Shown: positions 1 through 9,419 of the stretch, in pieces | Numbering within the stretch: position 1 is the first letter of the stretch | How the letters are laid out: each line of letters starts with the position of its first letter | DNA from: Coleofasciculus chthonoplastes F2-STO-03 | GTDB lineage: Bacteria > Cyanobacteriota > Cyanobacteriia > Cyanobacteriales > Coleofasciculaceae | Length of the DNA: 64,000 bases | Direction: 5' to 3' | Assembly (NCBI GenBank): GCA_040222015.1 | Contig: JAVJWO010000178.1 | Coordinates: 64,001-128,000, forward strand | Position numbers and translations under genes: made by a program | The notes under the pieces: generated by a model | Told to the model about the DNA's origin: nothing | Databases searched by the model: none | Seen by the model: the letters and a program-made list of their open reading frames with translations, nothing else

Positions 1-600
1 CAAGACTGGGTTAGAAAGAATTACTATAGTTCCGACACCACAGGAGCAACAGTAAATCCTTATGGCGTTCTCTTGCTGTCTAAGCTTCCTATATATCGGT
101 TATTTTTCTGTGAACTTATCAGTCAAATGAGCCGCAAATTCCTCTGTGCTGAATTGCAGCTTAATGGGCAAAATTTTAATATTGCTACGGTTCATTTAGA
201 AAGCAAAAAGAAATTTGCATCCATCCGCGCCATACAGCTTGCTGATATCTTTCCCCTATTGGAACAGTCCGATCATGCTGTACTCATGGGAGACTTTAAT
301 TTTTGTTCATCTTGGGAAGATGAAAACCGTAATATCGACTGTCGCTATCAAGATATGTGGGCAGTTCTCAGAGGTGATGAACCGGGCTATACTGAAGATA
401 CGGATATTAATGTAATGAGATTGCAGCAAAAACAGAAACATAAAAAAGTCCGCTTTGACCGCATCTTACTCCGTTCTGCTTCCCAAAGTTGGCAGCTAGA
501 ATCCATTGAACGCCTGGGATTAGAACCTATTTCCCGGAATAGTCCTAATGTTTTCCCATCTGACCATTTTGGTTTAGTGGGTCATTTAATAAGTAGGTAG
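1..600 (+). CDS. Endonuclease/exonuclease/phosphatase (EEP, TDP2-like) family protein, 5'-partial
   Basis: Frame is open from base 1 (QDWVRKNYY...GVLLLSK). Carries EEP motifs ATVHLES, MGDFN, RFDRI and PSDHFG. Confidence 0.85.
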   Translation, partial: QDWVRKNYYSSDTTGATVNPYGVLLLSKLPIYRLFFCELISQMSRKFLCAELQLNGQNFNIATVHLESKKKFASIRAIQLADIFPLLEQSDHAVLMGDFNFCSSWEDENRNIDCRYQDMWAVLRGDEPGYTEDTDINVMRLQQKQKHKKVRFDRILLRSASQSWQLESIERLGLEPISRNSPNVFPSDHFGLVGHLISR

Positions 601-612
601 GCACAATAAAAG

Positions 613-672
613 TTTGTCATTTGTCATTTGTCATTTGTCATTTGTCATTTGTCATTCGTCATTTGTCATTTG
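613..672. repeat. STRR heptamer tandem repeat (TTTGTCA)n
   Basis: About 8 tandem TTTGTCA/TTCGTCA units. Related arrays at ~8945-8980, 15890-15910, 21068-21115, 30575-30608 and 42597-42618. Confidence 0.9.
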
Positions 673-732
673 CTCCCTTATCTTCCCCATCTCCCAGACG
701 TTCCACGGTTATGTCGGTACAATTCCTGCTTT

Positions 733-1602
733 CTATTTACTGCCACGACAGCGATCAAACATTTGTTGGTACGTTTTATGAAGCTCTGGATTGTCCACCA
801 CTAGCTCTACACGCACGTTAACACAGCCGTGATTATCTTGCAGCGCGATCGCGGCTAAAAGATCACTGGCTGCTTTAGGCGAGACAAATTCACCGTTGAC
901 AGTAGTCGTTGTCGGTGGACTCGTCTCTACACTATCGGGAACACCTGTAACTTTCCCCTTCCCCAAATCAATTTCTGCCAATTGTTTCGGTTCTTCACCA
1001 ACTTGTTCAACAATTAATTTTTCCCGCCGTACAGGAACTTCTACCACACGGGTTTCAATTTCTTTGCGAACGACAACTTCACCGACTTTCTGTTTACTGC
1101 GGTTAACGACTAACTTTTCTTCTAGCAAGCGAATCATGTCTTCTTCGACTATTTCTGATGTCTGATCAGACGGTTCTAGATCACTATTCACTCTCTCTTC
1201 AGCATCCATAGCTTTTTCTGAATTAACAACACTTGTAGAGGTTACTGACGAGTGAGATAAGTCCTCGGAAGGCTTTGCTGTTGGGGTTTCCCTTTTTTGA
1301 TATACAGGCAAGTATTCAAGTTCTGCTGGTGATAGGTCAACAATTACAATTCTATTGTCTGGGTCAATTGTCTGAATGTGCTGGCGACTGAGGAGAAACC
1401 AGGGAGATTCAGCGTTTGTCCATTGGGCAGACATCACCATATAAAGCCGATGATTTTTTTCGACACAGAAATCCTCAACCCGTCCTAGGACTTTACCTTT
1501 TTGATTCACGATAGTAAAGAACGTGAATTTTTCTCTAAATTGATCTAATAGTTGTTTTATTTTACCCTTTGTATAACTGCTTTTAGGTTCTTCTTGGATC
1601 AT
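733..1602 (-). CDS. PRC-barrel + DUF2382 (YsnF/AvaK-like) protein
   Basis: N-terminal PRC-like GKVLGRVEDF; C-terminal LLEEKLVVNRSKQKVGEVVVRKEIET...VPVRREKL. Confidence 0.8.
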   Translation of the reverse strand: MIQEEPKSSYTKGKIKQLLDQFREKFTFFTIVNQKGKVLGRVEDFCVEKNHRLYMVMSAQWTNAESPWFLLSRQHIQTIDPDNRIVIVDLSPAELEYLPVYQKRETPTAKPSEDLSHSSVTSTSVVNSEKAMDAEERVNSDLEPSDQTSEIVEEDMIRLLEEKLVVNRSKQKVGEVVVRKEIETRVVEVPVRREKLIVEQVGEEPKQLAEIDLGKGKVTGVPDSVETSPPTTTTVNGEFVSPKAASDLLAAIALQDNHGCVNVRVELVVDNPELHKTYQQMFDRCRGSK

Positions 1603-1704
1603 AGCTTACTTCTCCAACTTACTAAACGTAGGGTGGGCAATGCCCACCCCCGTATCCACCAATTTATTTAGTTCAATCGGTGAAATTCAATCGCTTTCAG
1701 AATT

Positions 1705-2556
1705 CTACCGACGACCCTTGACAAGAGGATTGCCATCTACATCGACTTCTAATTCTTCGCGGCGAACCGTTTCTTTGGCATCTACGGTGTCACGCTCAAC
1801 TTCTTTCTTGACACCAACTTCTTCCCGGACAAAGGCTTTCTTATCGATATTCGCTGTTTCTTCATGAACTTCCACACGAGCAACTTCACCGTCGTGGAAA
1901 TCAGCAGTACCTGGTTGAACTTCGCGGGCTTCAGAGGGACTATTCCGCTCAATTACAACCCGTTCTTTTTCTACAGGAACTGATACCTGAGCTGTTTCAG
2001 ATTCCACATGCTTACCCAGAGTAACTTCGCCACTCTTGTAACGGTCTTTGTTGGCAATTAGTTTCTCTTCATACAGCTTGAGATTTTTATGATCCTGCTC
2101 AGTAGTGGCGTAGAGTTCAGGCTCATGATCATAGCTGTAGGTGTCGCGGTTATAGGTTTTCGCCTGAGCCGATGTTGCTCCTGCCGAGCGATTAGCCGCC
2201 ATTGGTCGGTAGACGTTCCGGACTCGTTCTTCGTAGTCGTAGTCAATGGTCATGTTGTCATGGTATTCCGGTAAGCTTTCGGCTTGCGCTTTGGTCATAC
2301 CGATCACATAAACCCGATGACGATCATAGTCCATCCGAGCATAACCTACAGGTAACAAGACATTTTTACCAAAGATCCAGAAGCCTGTATCAATGACTAG
2401 ATACCGGAAACGACCATTTTCATCCAGAAGAGCATCATGAACTTCACCGATTTTCTCTTCTCGATCAGAGTAGACACTATATCCTTTAATGTCATCGCCA
2501 CCGAAAATCTGTTCTTTATAGTTGGGGTAAAACTTGTCTATTTTGATGAGATTCAT
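1705..2556 (-). CDS. PRC-barrel + DUF2382 (YsnF/AvaK-like) stress protein
   Basis: GRFRYLVIDTGFWIFGKNVLLPVG (PRC barrel) and LYEEKLIANKDR...VRREELEVD. RBS AGGAG upstream. Confidence 0.88.
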   Translation of the reverse strand: MNLIKIDKFYPNYKEQIFGGDDIKGYSVYSDREEKIGEVHDALLDENGRFRYLVIDTGFWIFGKNVLLPVGYARMDYDRHRVYVIGMTKAQAESLPEYHDNMTIDYDYEERVRNVYRPMAANRSAGATSAQAKTYNRDTYSYDHEPELYATTEQDHKNLKLYEEKLIANKDRYKSGEVTLGKHVESETAQVSVPVEKERVVIERNSPSEAREVQPGTADFHDGEVARVEVHEETANIDKKAFVREEVGVKKEVERDTVDAKETVRREELEVDVDGNPLVKGRR

Positions 2557-2915
2557 AGAATAGTCTCCTTGTTTCTTTATCTTTATCTTTGAGAGTTCAA
2601 CTCTCGCAATCTACTTTTAGATTACAAAAAAAAAGCTTTGGGTGAATCCATCAAAAGACATAAACGAAACTAGGTTGGTGATTTTTTTACACTGATACTG
2701 TGATTTGCTTGGATTTAGAATATTTATACTGATTGACTGATTGACCGATTTTCTTCTACGCAAATTCCTTAACTTTAATAATATCCCCTTAGGTTACAGG
2801 ATTTAATCAAATAAAACCAAATATATAAATGACAGTAAATTAACACGATGATTTTTTTATCCTCCTATAGGAATAGATTAAATTAGATATAGTAAATAAA
2901 GATAACTCATAAGGA

Positions 2916-3350
2916 GTGCGATTAACCCCTTTGATGCAATATCACGTTATTTACGACGGCAACTGCAATCTTTGTGTCACGTTAGTGCAGCTTCTGGAAA
3001 ATCTGGATCAAGGACAGCAGTTTGATTACATTCCCATGCAGGATGAAGCCACCTGTGAAAACTTTGGCATTACCCCCCAAGACTGCGAAATGGGGATGAT
3101 TCTCATTGATGGGGCGTCCCCGGAATGTCGGTGGCAAGGGAGTGAGGCGGCTGAGGAAATTGGGCGTCTGTTGCCTATGGGCGAGGTGTTCGTCTCAGCA
3201 TATCGGGCAATGCCTGGAATGAAATGGCTAGGCGATCGCACATATCAACAGGTTCGTGATAATCGGTATAGTTGGTTTGGCAAGCGATCGAGTACCTACA
3301 ATTCAGCTTATCCTCTGGGATGTCAGGATAACCAAAATTGCCAGACGTAA
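2916..3350 (+). CDS. Thiol-disulfide oxidoreductase DCC family (DUF393)
   Basis: YDGNCNLC (DxxCxxC) motif and YQQVRDNRY near the C-terminus. True start may be the ATG at ~2934. Confidence 0.85.
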   Translation: MRLTPLMQYHVIYDGNCNLCVTLVQLLENLDQGQQFDYIPMQDEATCENFGITPQDCEMGMILIDGASPECRWQGSEAAEEIGRLLPMGEVFVSAYRAMPGMKWLGDRTYQQVRDNRYSWFGKRSSTYNSAYPLGCQDNQNCQT

Positions 3351-3432
3351 TTGGAATGTGGCTGATATAATCTCGGTTCGTAGTAGGCACGAAGCGTGCC
3401 AGAAGTGAAGACAGCGCTTACTACAAGCGGCT

Positions 3433-3620
3433 AAATCCAGATAACCGTTATCACCAGTAGTATGCACTTTCCAGCCTGTTTTACTCGGATACGTCCAGCC
3501 AGAATAATGTTTGATTGACTTGTATTTAGGACGCTTGGCTAACCCTTTAAACCACCGATTAAATGCGTAATCAACGCGCTTTAAGGTAGCTTGTAAAGTG
3601 ATGCAGTTACACTCTTTGTC
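3433..3620 (-). pseudogene. tnpB: tnpB internal fragment
   Basis: LQATLKRVDYAFNRWFKGLAKRPKYKSIKHYSGWTYP...GWKV aligns by eye to the TnpB at 11271 (LQATVKRVDLAYKAFFQGLRKSPKLKSIRNYSGWMYP...GWKV). No start and no RuvC domain. Confidence 0.85.
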
Positions 3621-3629
3621 TTTGTATAA

Positions 3630-4022
3630 GGTTCTCATTCTGTATTCTCTGTTCAACTGCATATAGTGTTCGTGACTAAATACAGGCGCAAGATTATTAC
3701 ATCGGGAATGTTAGAGCGATTACATGAGGTGCTTGCAAATGTCTGTATTAAGACAAAGTGCCGCCTTGTCGAGTTTTCAGGAGAAGCTGATCACGTTCAT
3801 TTACTGGTAGACTTTCATCCAGACAACAACCTATCATCTTTGATTGGTAGCATGAAGTCTGCCTCTAGTTGAATTATCAGAAAAGACTTTGCCGTGGAAC
3901 TGTCAAAAACTTATACTAAGTCGGCATTTTGGTCAGGCTCTTATTATGTTGCTTCTACTGGTGGCGCTCCCATTGAGAGAGTTAAGGCTTATATTAAATC
4001 CCAAGAAACACCTCAAGATTAA
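3630..4022 (+). pseudogene. tnpA: IS200/IS605 Y1 transposase pseudogene
   Basis: GSHSVFSVQLHIVFVTKYRR..., HUH motif DHVHLL, in-frame TGA at 3870-3872, then the frame continues FWSGSYYVASTGG...KAYIKSQ. Start codon is missing. Confidence 0.9.
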
Positions 4023-4220
4023 CCCTGAGCCAAGTCGAAGGGTTGATTGCCTCCGTTCCTCCGGCAATCCGCTATCCCTCCCCACCCTCCTGAGCCTGCG
4101 AAGGATCTGCTGAGGGTGGGGACTCCCGCGAACACGTTGAAGCTAAGAGGCAACTTATACCCTATAAGTAGCGTCTATTGTTTGAGTACCTGAACTGTAG
4201 CTATTTTAATTTTATGTACC

Positions 4221-5072
4221 ATGGTTAATCCTTTCTCCTTCTGGTCTCATCGTCACCGTCGTCGTTTATTATATCCTTATGTGTCAGCGATCTTAGCGTT
4301 TAGCCTGATCGTGGGTACACCTCAGGTGAGTCAAGCAATTCCCTGGCTGGATCTGATTTTCCGAGGCGTCCAGATTATCCAACTTTCCAATATTTCTGAT
4401 CGCCAGGAAGTCGAGATCGGAGAGCAGATCAATCAGAAGTTGGTGAGAAACCAGATCCAACTCTATCGCAATTCCAGTGTCAACCGCTACATTGATCAGA
4501 TTGGTCAGCGATTGGCAAAAGAAACTCAACGCTCTAATATTCCCTATACGTTTCAGGTGGTTAAGGATGATAGCATTAATGCCTTCGCGACTACGGGGGG
4601 TTTTATTTATCTCAACACGGGTTTGATTGAAGCGGCGGACAATGAGGCTCAATTGGCTAGTGTGATTGCTCATGAAATCGGGCATATCGAAGAGGAACAC
4701 ATGATTCAACAAATGCGCCAAACCGCCATCGCTAGGGGAGTAGCCGTTGCCGCAGGTCTAGATCGCAATACCTTAGTCAATATTGGCGTGGACTTGGCGC
4801 TGCGGTTACCCAATAGTCGTGAAGATGAATTTGAGGCGGATCAAGTTGGGTTAGACATCCTCAAAAAAGCAGGCTACGCACCGTCAGCCATGGTAAATTT
4901 CATGGAAAAACTCCAGCAGAAAAGCGGTTCCGTCCCCTCTTTCCTCAGCACTCATCCAGGTGTTGACGATCGCATTAATGCCTTGAAGCAGGCGATCGAT
5001 CCGGCTGAAGCTACTGTCGGTGATGGTTTGGATGAAAATGCCTACAAAGCCAAAATTCGCCCCCTGCAATAG
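4221..5072 (+). CDS. M48 family zinc metalloprotease (secreted)
   Basis: Signal-peptide-like N-terminus, INAFATTGG, HEIGH, SREDEFEAD, FLSTHP. Confidence 0.92.
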   Translation: MVNPFSFWSHRHRRRLLYPYVSAILAFSLIVGTPQVSQAIPWLDLIFRGVQIIQLSNISDRQEVEIGEQINQKLVRNQIQLYRNSSVNRYIDQIGQRLAKETQRSNIPYTFQVVKDDSINAFATTGGFIYLNTGLIEAADNEAQLASVIAHEIGHIEEEHMIQQMRQTAIARGVAVAAGLDRNTLVNIGVDLALRLPNSREDEFEADQVGLDILKKAGYAPSAMVNFMEKLQQKSGSVPSFLSTHPGVDDRINALKQAIDPAEATVGDGLDENAYKAKIRPLQ

Positions 5073-5178
5073 GATTATCTCGGGTAGCAACATCCATCCC
5101 TCGTTCTTTGGGTTCCCAACTCCCCCAGACGTAGCATGCTACGTCTCTACATTGCTTCCCCAGCTCCCTCATACTGCA

Positions 5179-5928
5179 CTAGGAACGGAGTACAGAACGA
5201 CGTGGTAAGAGTTGTGAAGGCTCTACCCTTGTCACCGCCTCCCCAAGTGGCATTTGGCGAACCCGTTGTCGAAAAACATTGGCTTGATAAACCCGTGAGT
5301 TGGTCAGGTCTAATCCTGTGAGCCAACCACTTTTAGGATGATAAGCGCCTGTATCAATATCCAACCATCCTCGACCTTGGGCAATTCGTCCCGGTTGTAC
5401 TCCTGGCAAGGTAAAGGTAATCGTATGACCAATGATAATTAACTTATCTGTAAAATAAGGCTCTTGAATGCTATGAAATTCATCCCTAATCCAACAAAAT
5501 TGTTCTGACGTTTGTTTTTCCAGGGGTAAACGGGGATGAACTCCAGCATGGACTAACCATGTATCTCCTAAATCGATATGGGTGGGTAAGGTACGCATCC
5601 ACTCAATATGGTCTTGGCGGACACCATTCTCACCATAACTATTGATGGTACTGTGACCACCACTATAGAGCCATGCTTGCAGGGCTGGACCATAGATTTC
5701 TCCCTGACCCAGGATTTCTAAGAGCATTTGCTCATGATTGCCTAGCAAGCAAGGATAAGGGCTTTGCTTGACAAATTCAACAACTTGAGAGCTTTGGGAA
5801 CCCCTATCAATTAAGTCTCCCAAAAAATAGACCTGATCGTCTTTACCAGGAGCGATCGCATCCAATAAGGTCATTAGGGTATCGTAGTGCCCATGCACGT
5901 CACCGATAACAATCCGACGGTGAGTCAT
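5179..5928 (-). CDS. Ser/Thr protein phosphatase (calcineurin-like metallophosphoesterase)
   Basis: GDVHG, GDLIDRG, GNHE, HAG, GHT and IDTG motifs. Confidence 0.92.
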   Translation of the reverse strand: MTHRRIVIGDVHGHYDTLMTLLDAIAPGKDDQVYFLGDLIDRGSQSSQVVEFVKQSPYPCLLGNHEQMLLEILGQGEIYGPALQAWLYSGGHSTINSYGENGVRQDHIEWMRTLPTHIDLGDTWLVHAGVHPRLPLEKQTSEQFCWIRDEFHSIQEPYFTDKLIIIGHTITFTLPGVQPGRIAQGRGWLDIDTGAYHPKSGWLTGLDLTNSRVYQANVFRQRVRQMPLGEAVTRVEPSQLLPRRSVLRS

Positions 5929-6135
5929 TGTTTATTGATCCAAATCCGTGTCGTCAAATAATAAGTAGCACCCATAAACGTTTACTTGCACCAGTTTGGT
6001 TACCAAAAGCTGGATTATTGTGTGCCGAGGTATGTTTACCAGGGGTAGGCAAGATTCTCAGGCTTAGGATACTCTATTATCTATTAGTTAAAACAAGTGC
6101 TAACATCTATCTTCCGGGTTTCAGAGGAAATTCAT

Positions 6136-6550
6136 CTGTCTTCTCGGAGGTCTCCACCATAGCTGTACTCAGCTTGGTGGTGGGAGGAAACGGGGGGCAG
6201 ATCTCGACTCCCCTCGATACAAGTGGTCTAGGCAATATATCCATAACTGGTTGGTTTTTCAACTGAAATACAGTGCAGGTTTTTTGATGGGAAACCTACA
6301 AAACCCACTCGGATTACTCCGGTAATGTTAGCTTAGACAATGTTAGTGGTCGGTACTTTCTCAAAAGCACTGCCTCCCAGATGGCTGTTTAACTTTTGAG
6401 TTTTAGAGCTACAGACTAGCTACGCATCCGTAGGTAAGAACTTAAACACTTGCCACTAACGTAGGCATTCCTGCCTGAGTCGGGTCAACTCGGGCTATCT
6501 TAGAAGCCCCCGTTATAATCGGTACTCCGATTTAACGGTGGGTTGTTGAC
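6136..6550 (-). mobile_element. Non-autonomous IscB-type OMEGA mini-element (omegaRNA plus both ends, ORF deleted)
   Basis: Minus strand begins GTCAACAACCCACC and ends TTCCTCCCACCA...TGGTGGAGACCTCCGAGAAGACAG|ATGAA. Only a C-terminal-like ORF remnant remains (SHQKTCTVFQ / SYGY). Confidence 0.8.
6310..6550 (-). ncRNA. HEARO / IscB-type omegaRNA scaffold (the guide would be the ~20 nt at 6551-6570, minus strand)
   Basis: Reverse complement shows HEARO hallmarks in order: GTCAACAACCC, GGGGCTT...AGCCCGAGTTGACC, CTACGTT, CCTACGGATGC...CTAGTCTGTAGCTCTA, GTTAAACAG, CAGTGCT, ACATTGTC...GCTAACATTACC. Confidence 0.8.
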
Positions 6551-6667
6551 TGAATTTCACACCTTTTCCGCTTAGCATCCAGCACGCCATGGATAAATAC
6601 CAGTTTCCTCGAATCCCAGTCTCTATCCTAATCATCTTCCCCCTATTGTGATTCACCAGACAGTTCG

Positions 6668-7282
6668 ATGTCACCAAAACCTGTGTTAGATTCTCCCTGG
6701 GTAATGATTCATGCCCTCCAACAACCCACGAGCTGGACTTGGGTTGAACAAGCCCTAGCTCACCTTGATCTCATTCTACTCGACCATTCCCAATGCGAAC
6801 GCAAAGCGGCAGGTGTCGCCCTGAATTTAATCTTTCGCTATCCATCGAGTACCCAACTGGTTCGTCAGCTTACCGCGATCGCGCGTGAGGAACTGGATCA
6901 CTTTGAACAAGTCAATCAATGGCTGGAACGACGGGGTATTCCCCTAGCTTCCCTCTCTCCATCGCCTTATGGTGCTAAACTGAAAGCCCAGATTCGTCGT
7001 TATGAACCGGATCGGTTATTAGATTCTTTACTGGTGGCTGCTCTCATTGAGGCTCGCTCTCACGAACGGTTGGGCTTACTGGCAACTCATTGCCCTGACC
7101 CGGAACTCGCCGCGTTTTATCAAGAGTTGATGACATCTGAAGCGCGTCACTATGGTGTGTATTGGGTGCTAGCGGATACCTATTTTGAGCGGGAGGTTGT
7201 CAACCAGAGGCTAGCAGAACTGGCTGCAATCGAAAGTCAGTTACTGAGTACGCTTTACCCAGAACCTCGAATTCACAGTTAG
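6668..7282 (+). CDS. miaE: tRNA-(ms2io6A37) hydroxylase MiaE
   Basis: LLDHSQCERKAA, EELDHF, IEARSHER, SEARHY and terminal PRIHS (di-iron MiaE signature). Confidence 0.92.
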   Translation: MSPKPVLDSPWVMIHALQQPTSWTWVEQALAHLDLILLDHSQCERKAAGVALNLIFRYPSSTQLVRQLTAIAREELDHFEQVNQWLERRGIPLASLSPSPYGAKLKAQIRRYEPDRLLDSLLVAALIEARSHERLGLLATHCPDPELAAFYQELMTSEARHYGVYWVLADTYFEREVVNQRLAELAAIESQLLSTLYPEPRIHS

Positions 7283-7564
7283 AGTCAAGGTTAGGGGATT
7301 TAGCCCATTGATTCTGTTAACTATTATTTTTAATAATGTAGAAATAATAAGTTTTTTAGAGTAATTTATTTTAAAGAATTGATAAGTTTAACCCACAAAT
7401 TGAACTTATTAACTTACATGAGAGTATAGTCAAAGTGCTCAGTAAACAGTCACTCATGATTCGTCCATCTGTTTAATTGTGTTAGCACTTGGATTCATAC
7501 AATCCGTAACGCGATTCAAGTGAGCGAATGATGAGTGATTCAAGTTCACCTAGGAGGCGTAACG

Positions 7565-8179
7565 ATGAATCTAGCAAAGACTTCAACAGTCCTTGGCTTA
7601 GTGGCTGGCAGTGCCTTGGCTTTATCGGCGATGCCAGCAGACGCTGCCTCATTTAACAATGGGGGTATTTTGTTTGATACCGATACTAAAGTTGATTTTG
7701 AGTTCCTGGAATCTCACGGAGCGTTCAAATCGACCTTGTCTATCGTAGAAGCAGATGCGAAAGATACACCTGTATATACCCTGTTTACCGAGAACGAGGC
7801 ATTCATATCGGGAAGAGACGATTACAAAGGACTTTGTCCCGAAACAGTTACCGTACCCGGTACCGATTCTTGCACGAACTGGTTCGAGTTTCAAGCTGGT
7901 GTAGAGTATAGCTTGCTGCTTGACTCTGGTAACAATGGTAAGGTTTGGTCAACAGATGCCTTGAATATGCCTGTCGAGACACTGGCAGAGTTTAGCTTTG
8001 TACAAAATGATGCTGGCAAGTACACGATTGACTTTGAAGATAAGGGATTTGCTCCTTATGACTTCAACGACTTTACGATCACGGCAGAAATGACCGATAT
8101 CCCTGAGCCCGCTACATTGGCTGGTTTAGGATTAATTGGTGGAGCATTGGCTCTAACCCGTCGTCGTAAAGCTAAGTAA
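7565..8179 (+). CDS. PEP-CTERM sorting domain surface protein
   Basis: RBS AGGAGG before the ATG, signal peptide, DFNDF motif, C-terminal IPEPATLAGLGLIGGALALTRRRKAK. Confidence 0.9.
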   Translation: MNLAKTSTVLGLVAGSALALSAMPADAASFNNGGILFDTDTKVDFEFLESHGAFKSTLSIVEADAKDTPVYTLFTENEAFISGRDDYKGLCPETVTVPGTDSCTNWFEFQAGVEYSLLLDSGNNGKVWSTDALNMPVETLAEFSFVQNDAGKYTIDFEDKGFAPYDFNDFTITAEMTDIPEPATLAGLGLIGGALALTRRRKAK

Positions 8180-8249
8180 AGCTCTGAAGCGATCGCGCTT
8201 TTAATGCCTCTTAGCTTCAAGCTAGCTGAATCATGCTTCTATTCAATTT

Positions 8250-8283
8250 CCCACACTAAGCTGACATTATAGTGTGGGTTTTT
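8250..8283 (+). terminator. Rho-independent terminator
   Basis: CCCACACTA-loop-TAGTGTGGG followed by TTTTT, between convergent genes. Confidence 0.7.
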
Positions 8284-8298
8284 GCTTGTTTATCAGGC

Positions 8299-8958
8299 TC
8301 ACTTAGGTTCAACCGGATGCTGTCCGTAAAACGGTAACGCCTGAGACCAGTGAGGACGTTTTCCTTGCTGCCAATCTAAATAAGCCAAGTCTAATACACT
8401 GGTGACACAAGTTCCTAAATCAACGGATACCTCAATGAGTTGATAGGGGAGGTTTTGATGATCTAGGACGTGTTGCCAGATATCGGGTGTGATCACTGCA
8501 TCTGGTACAAGCGGTGTCAAGCTGGAACCCTCCGAGGATGGCTGATAGATTGCAGTATACAACTGCCCCCGTCGAGCAGGCATTTGTAGCGCGATCGCTC
8601 TTTTGTGTGAGGTTTCTAGGTGTTCTTTCCCTTGAAGCATGACTGACCAAGCAACGGCTGCCAAGGTGGAAATGGCAAATAAAGGAATATCCAGTTGCTG
8701 TGCCAAAGTTCGGGCTGTTACCACACCAATACGAGTGCCTGTAAAACTGCCCGGACCTTTGGCGACGGTAATAAATGCCACATCTGACCAAGCGTTTGGG
8801 AGCAAAAACTCACTCAAGTGTTGATGGAAGTGAGTCGATAAATCTCGTCCCAAATCCCAGGTAGCCGCACGATTATCGTTCTGAAAATTACTGATAGCTA
8901 ATCCGAGTTGAGGACTGGTGGTATGTAGGGCTAAACCGTATTGGTTGTCATTGGTCAT
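8299..8958 (-). CDS. tsaB: tRNA threonylcarbamoyladenosine biosynthesis protein TsaB
   Basis: LALHTT, VAKGPGSFTGTRIG, MPARRG, ALPFYGQHP. Confidence 0.92.
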   Translation of the reverse strand: MTNDNQYGLALHTTSPQLGLAISNFQNDNRAATWDLGRDLSTHFHQHLSEFLLPNAWSDVAFITVAKGPGSFTGTRIGVVTARTLAQQLDIPLFAISTLAAVAWSVMLQGKEHLETSHKRAIALQMPARRGQLYTAIYQPSSEGSSLTPLVPDAVITPDIWQHVLDHQNLPYQLIEVSVDLGTCVTSVLDLAYLDWQQGKRPHWSQALPFYGQHPVEPK

Positions 8959-9419
8959 TAGTCATTTGTCATTTGTCATACTCGAATGTCATACTCGAAG
9001 AGCGCGAGAAGCAAGCTACGTTATTTGTCATTCGTGACATACTCCAGACAGCGATACAAGTATACGCTGCTGGCTTCTCCCACCTACTACATCTATAATG
9101 AGCTCTATTTCTAGAGCGTAGGATTCGAGCTTTTTATAGTGAGTAAGATGCCCAGACCCACTTTTTAATACTTTTCTCAAAAGGTGTGAGAACTTGTTTT
9201 TAAGCTTTCGTTTTTTGCTTTTCCAGAAAACGTATTCCAGCTATGGGTGTCTACTCTGTGCATTGCCCGAAAGAAAGGCGTAGAACGGCCCATCTATTTA
9301 TTTTACGTTTGCCACGTTTTTAGTATATATTCGACGCATGAAATTTGACAACTCCGCTTCGCTTCATTGTCAGGCTATCCTTCCCGACGCTCCCCTTCGG
9401 GAGAGCTATAGGCGACAGC

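Larger units (their letters stand above)
3433..4136. mobile_element. Degenerate IS605-group element (divergent tnpA/tnpB) with one intact end
   Basis: Divergent tnpA and tnpB remnants. Subterminal hairpin CCCCACCCTC...GAGGGTGGGG (4080-4121), with the end followed by TTGAA. Confidence 0.8.

Noticed and set aside
621..821. 66-aa ORF MSFVICHLSFVI...
   Set aside because: Translation of an STRR array. The same applies to 54251-54448 (LPIAYCLLPIAHCP).
1680..1693. GTGAAATTCAAT matches the seed of the stand-alone omegaRNA guide
   Set aside because: Only 10 nt of the guide match, and the following bases are ATCG rather than ATGA. Consistent with chance in AT-rich DNA.
5928..6266. 112-aa ORF on the plus strand
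   Set aside because: Runs antisense across the end of the omegaRNA element and the phosphatase promoter, with no protein-like features.
9179..9189. AAAAGGTGTGA matches part of the same guide
   Set aside because: 11-nt TAM-distal match with no TAM; likely chance.
9020..9340. Start-less Lys-rich open frame on the minus strand between the kinase and tsaB
   Set aside because: No start codon or recognisable motif, so it cannot be supported as a gene or pseudogene.
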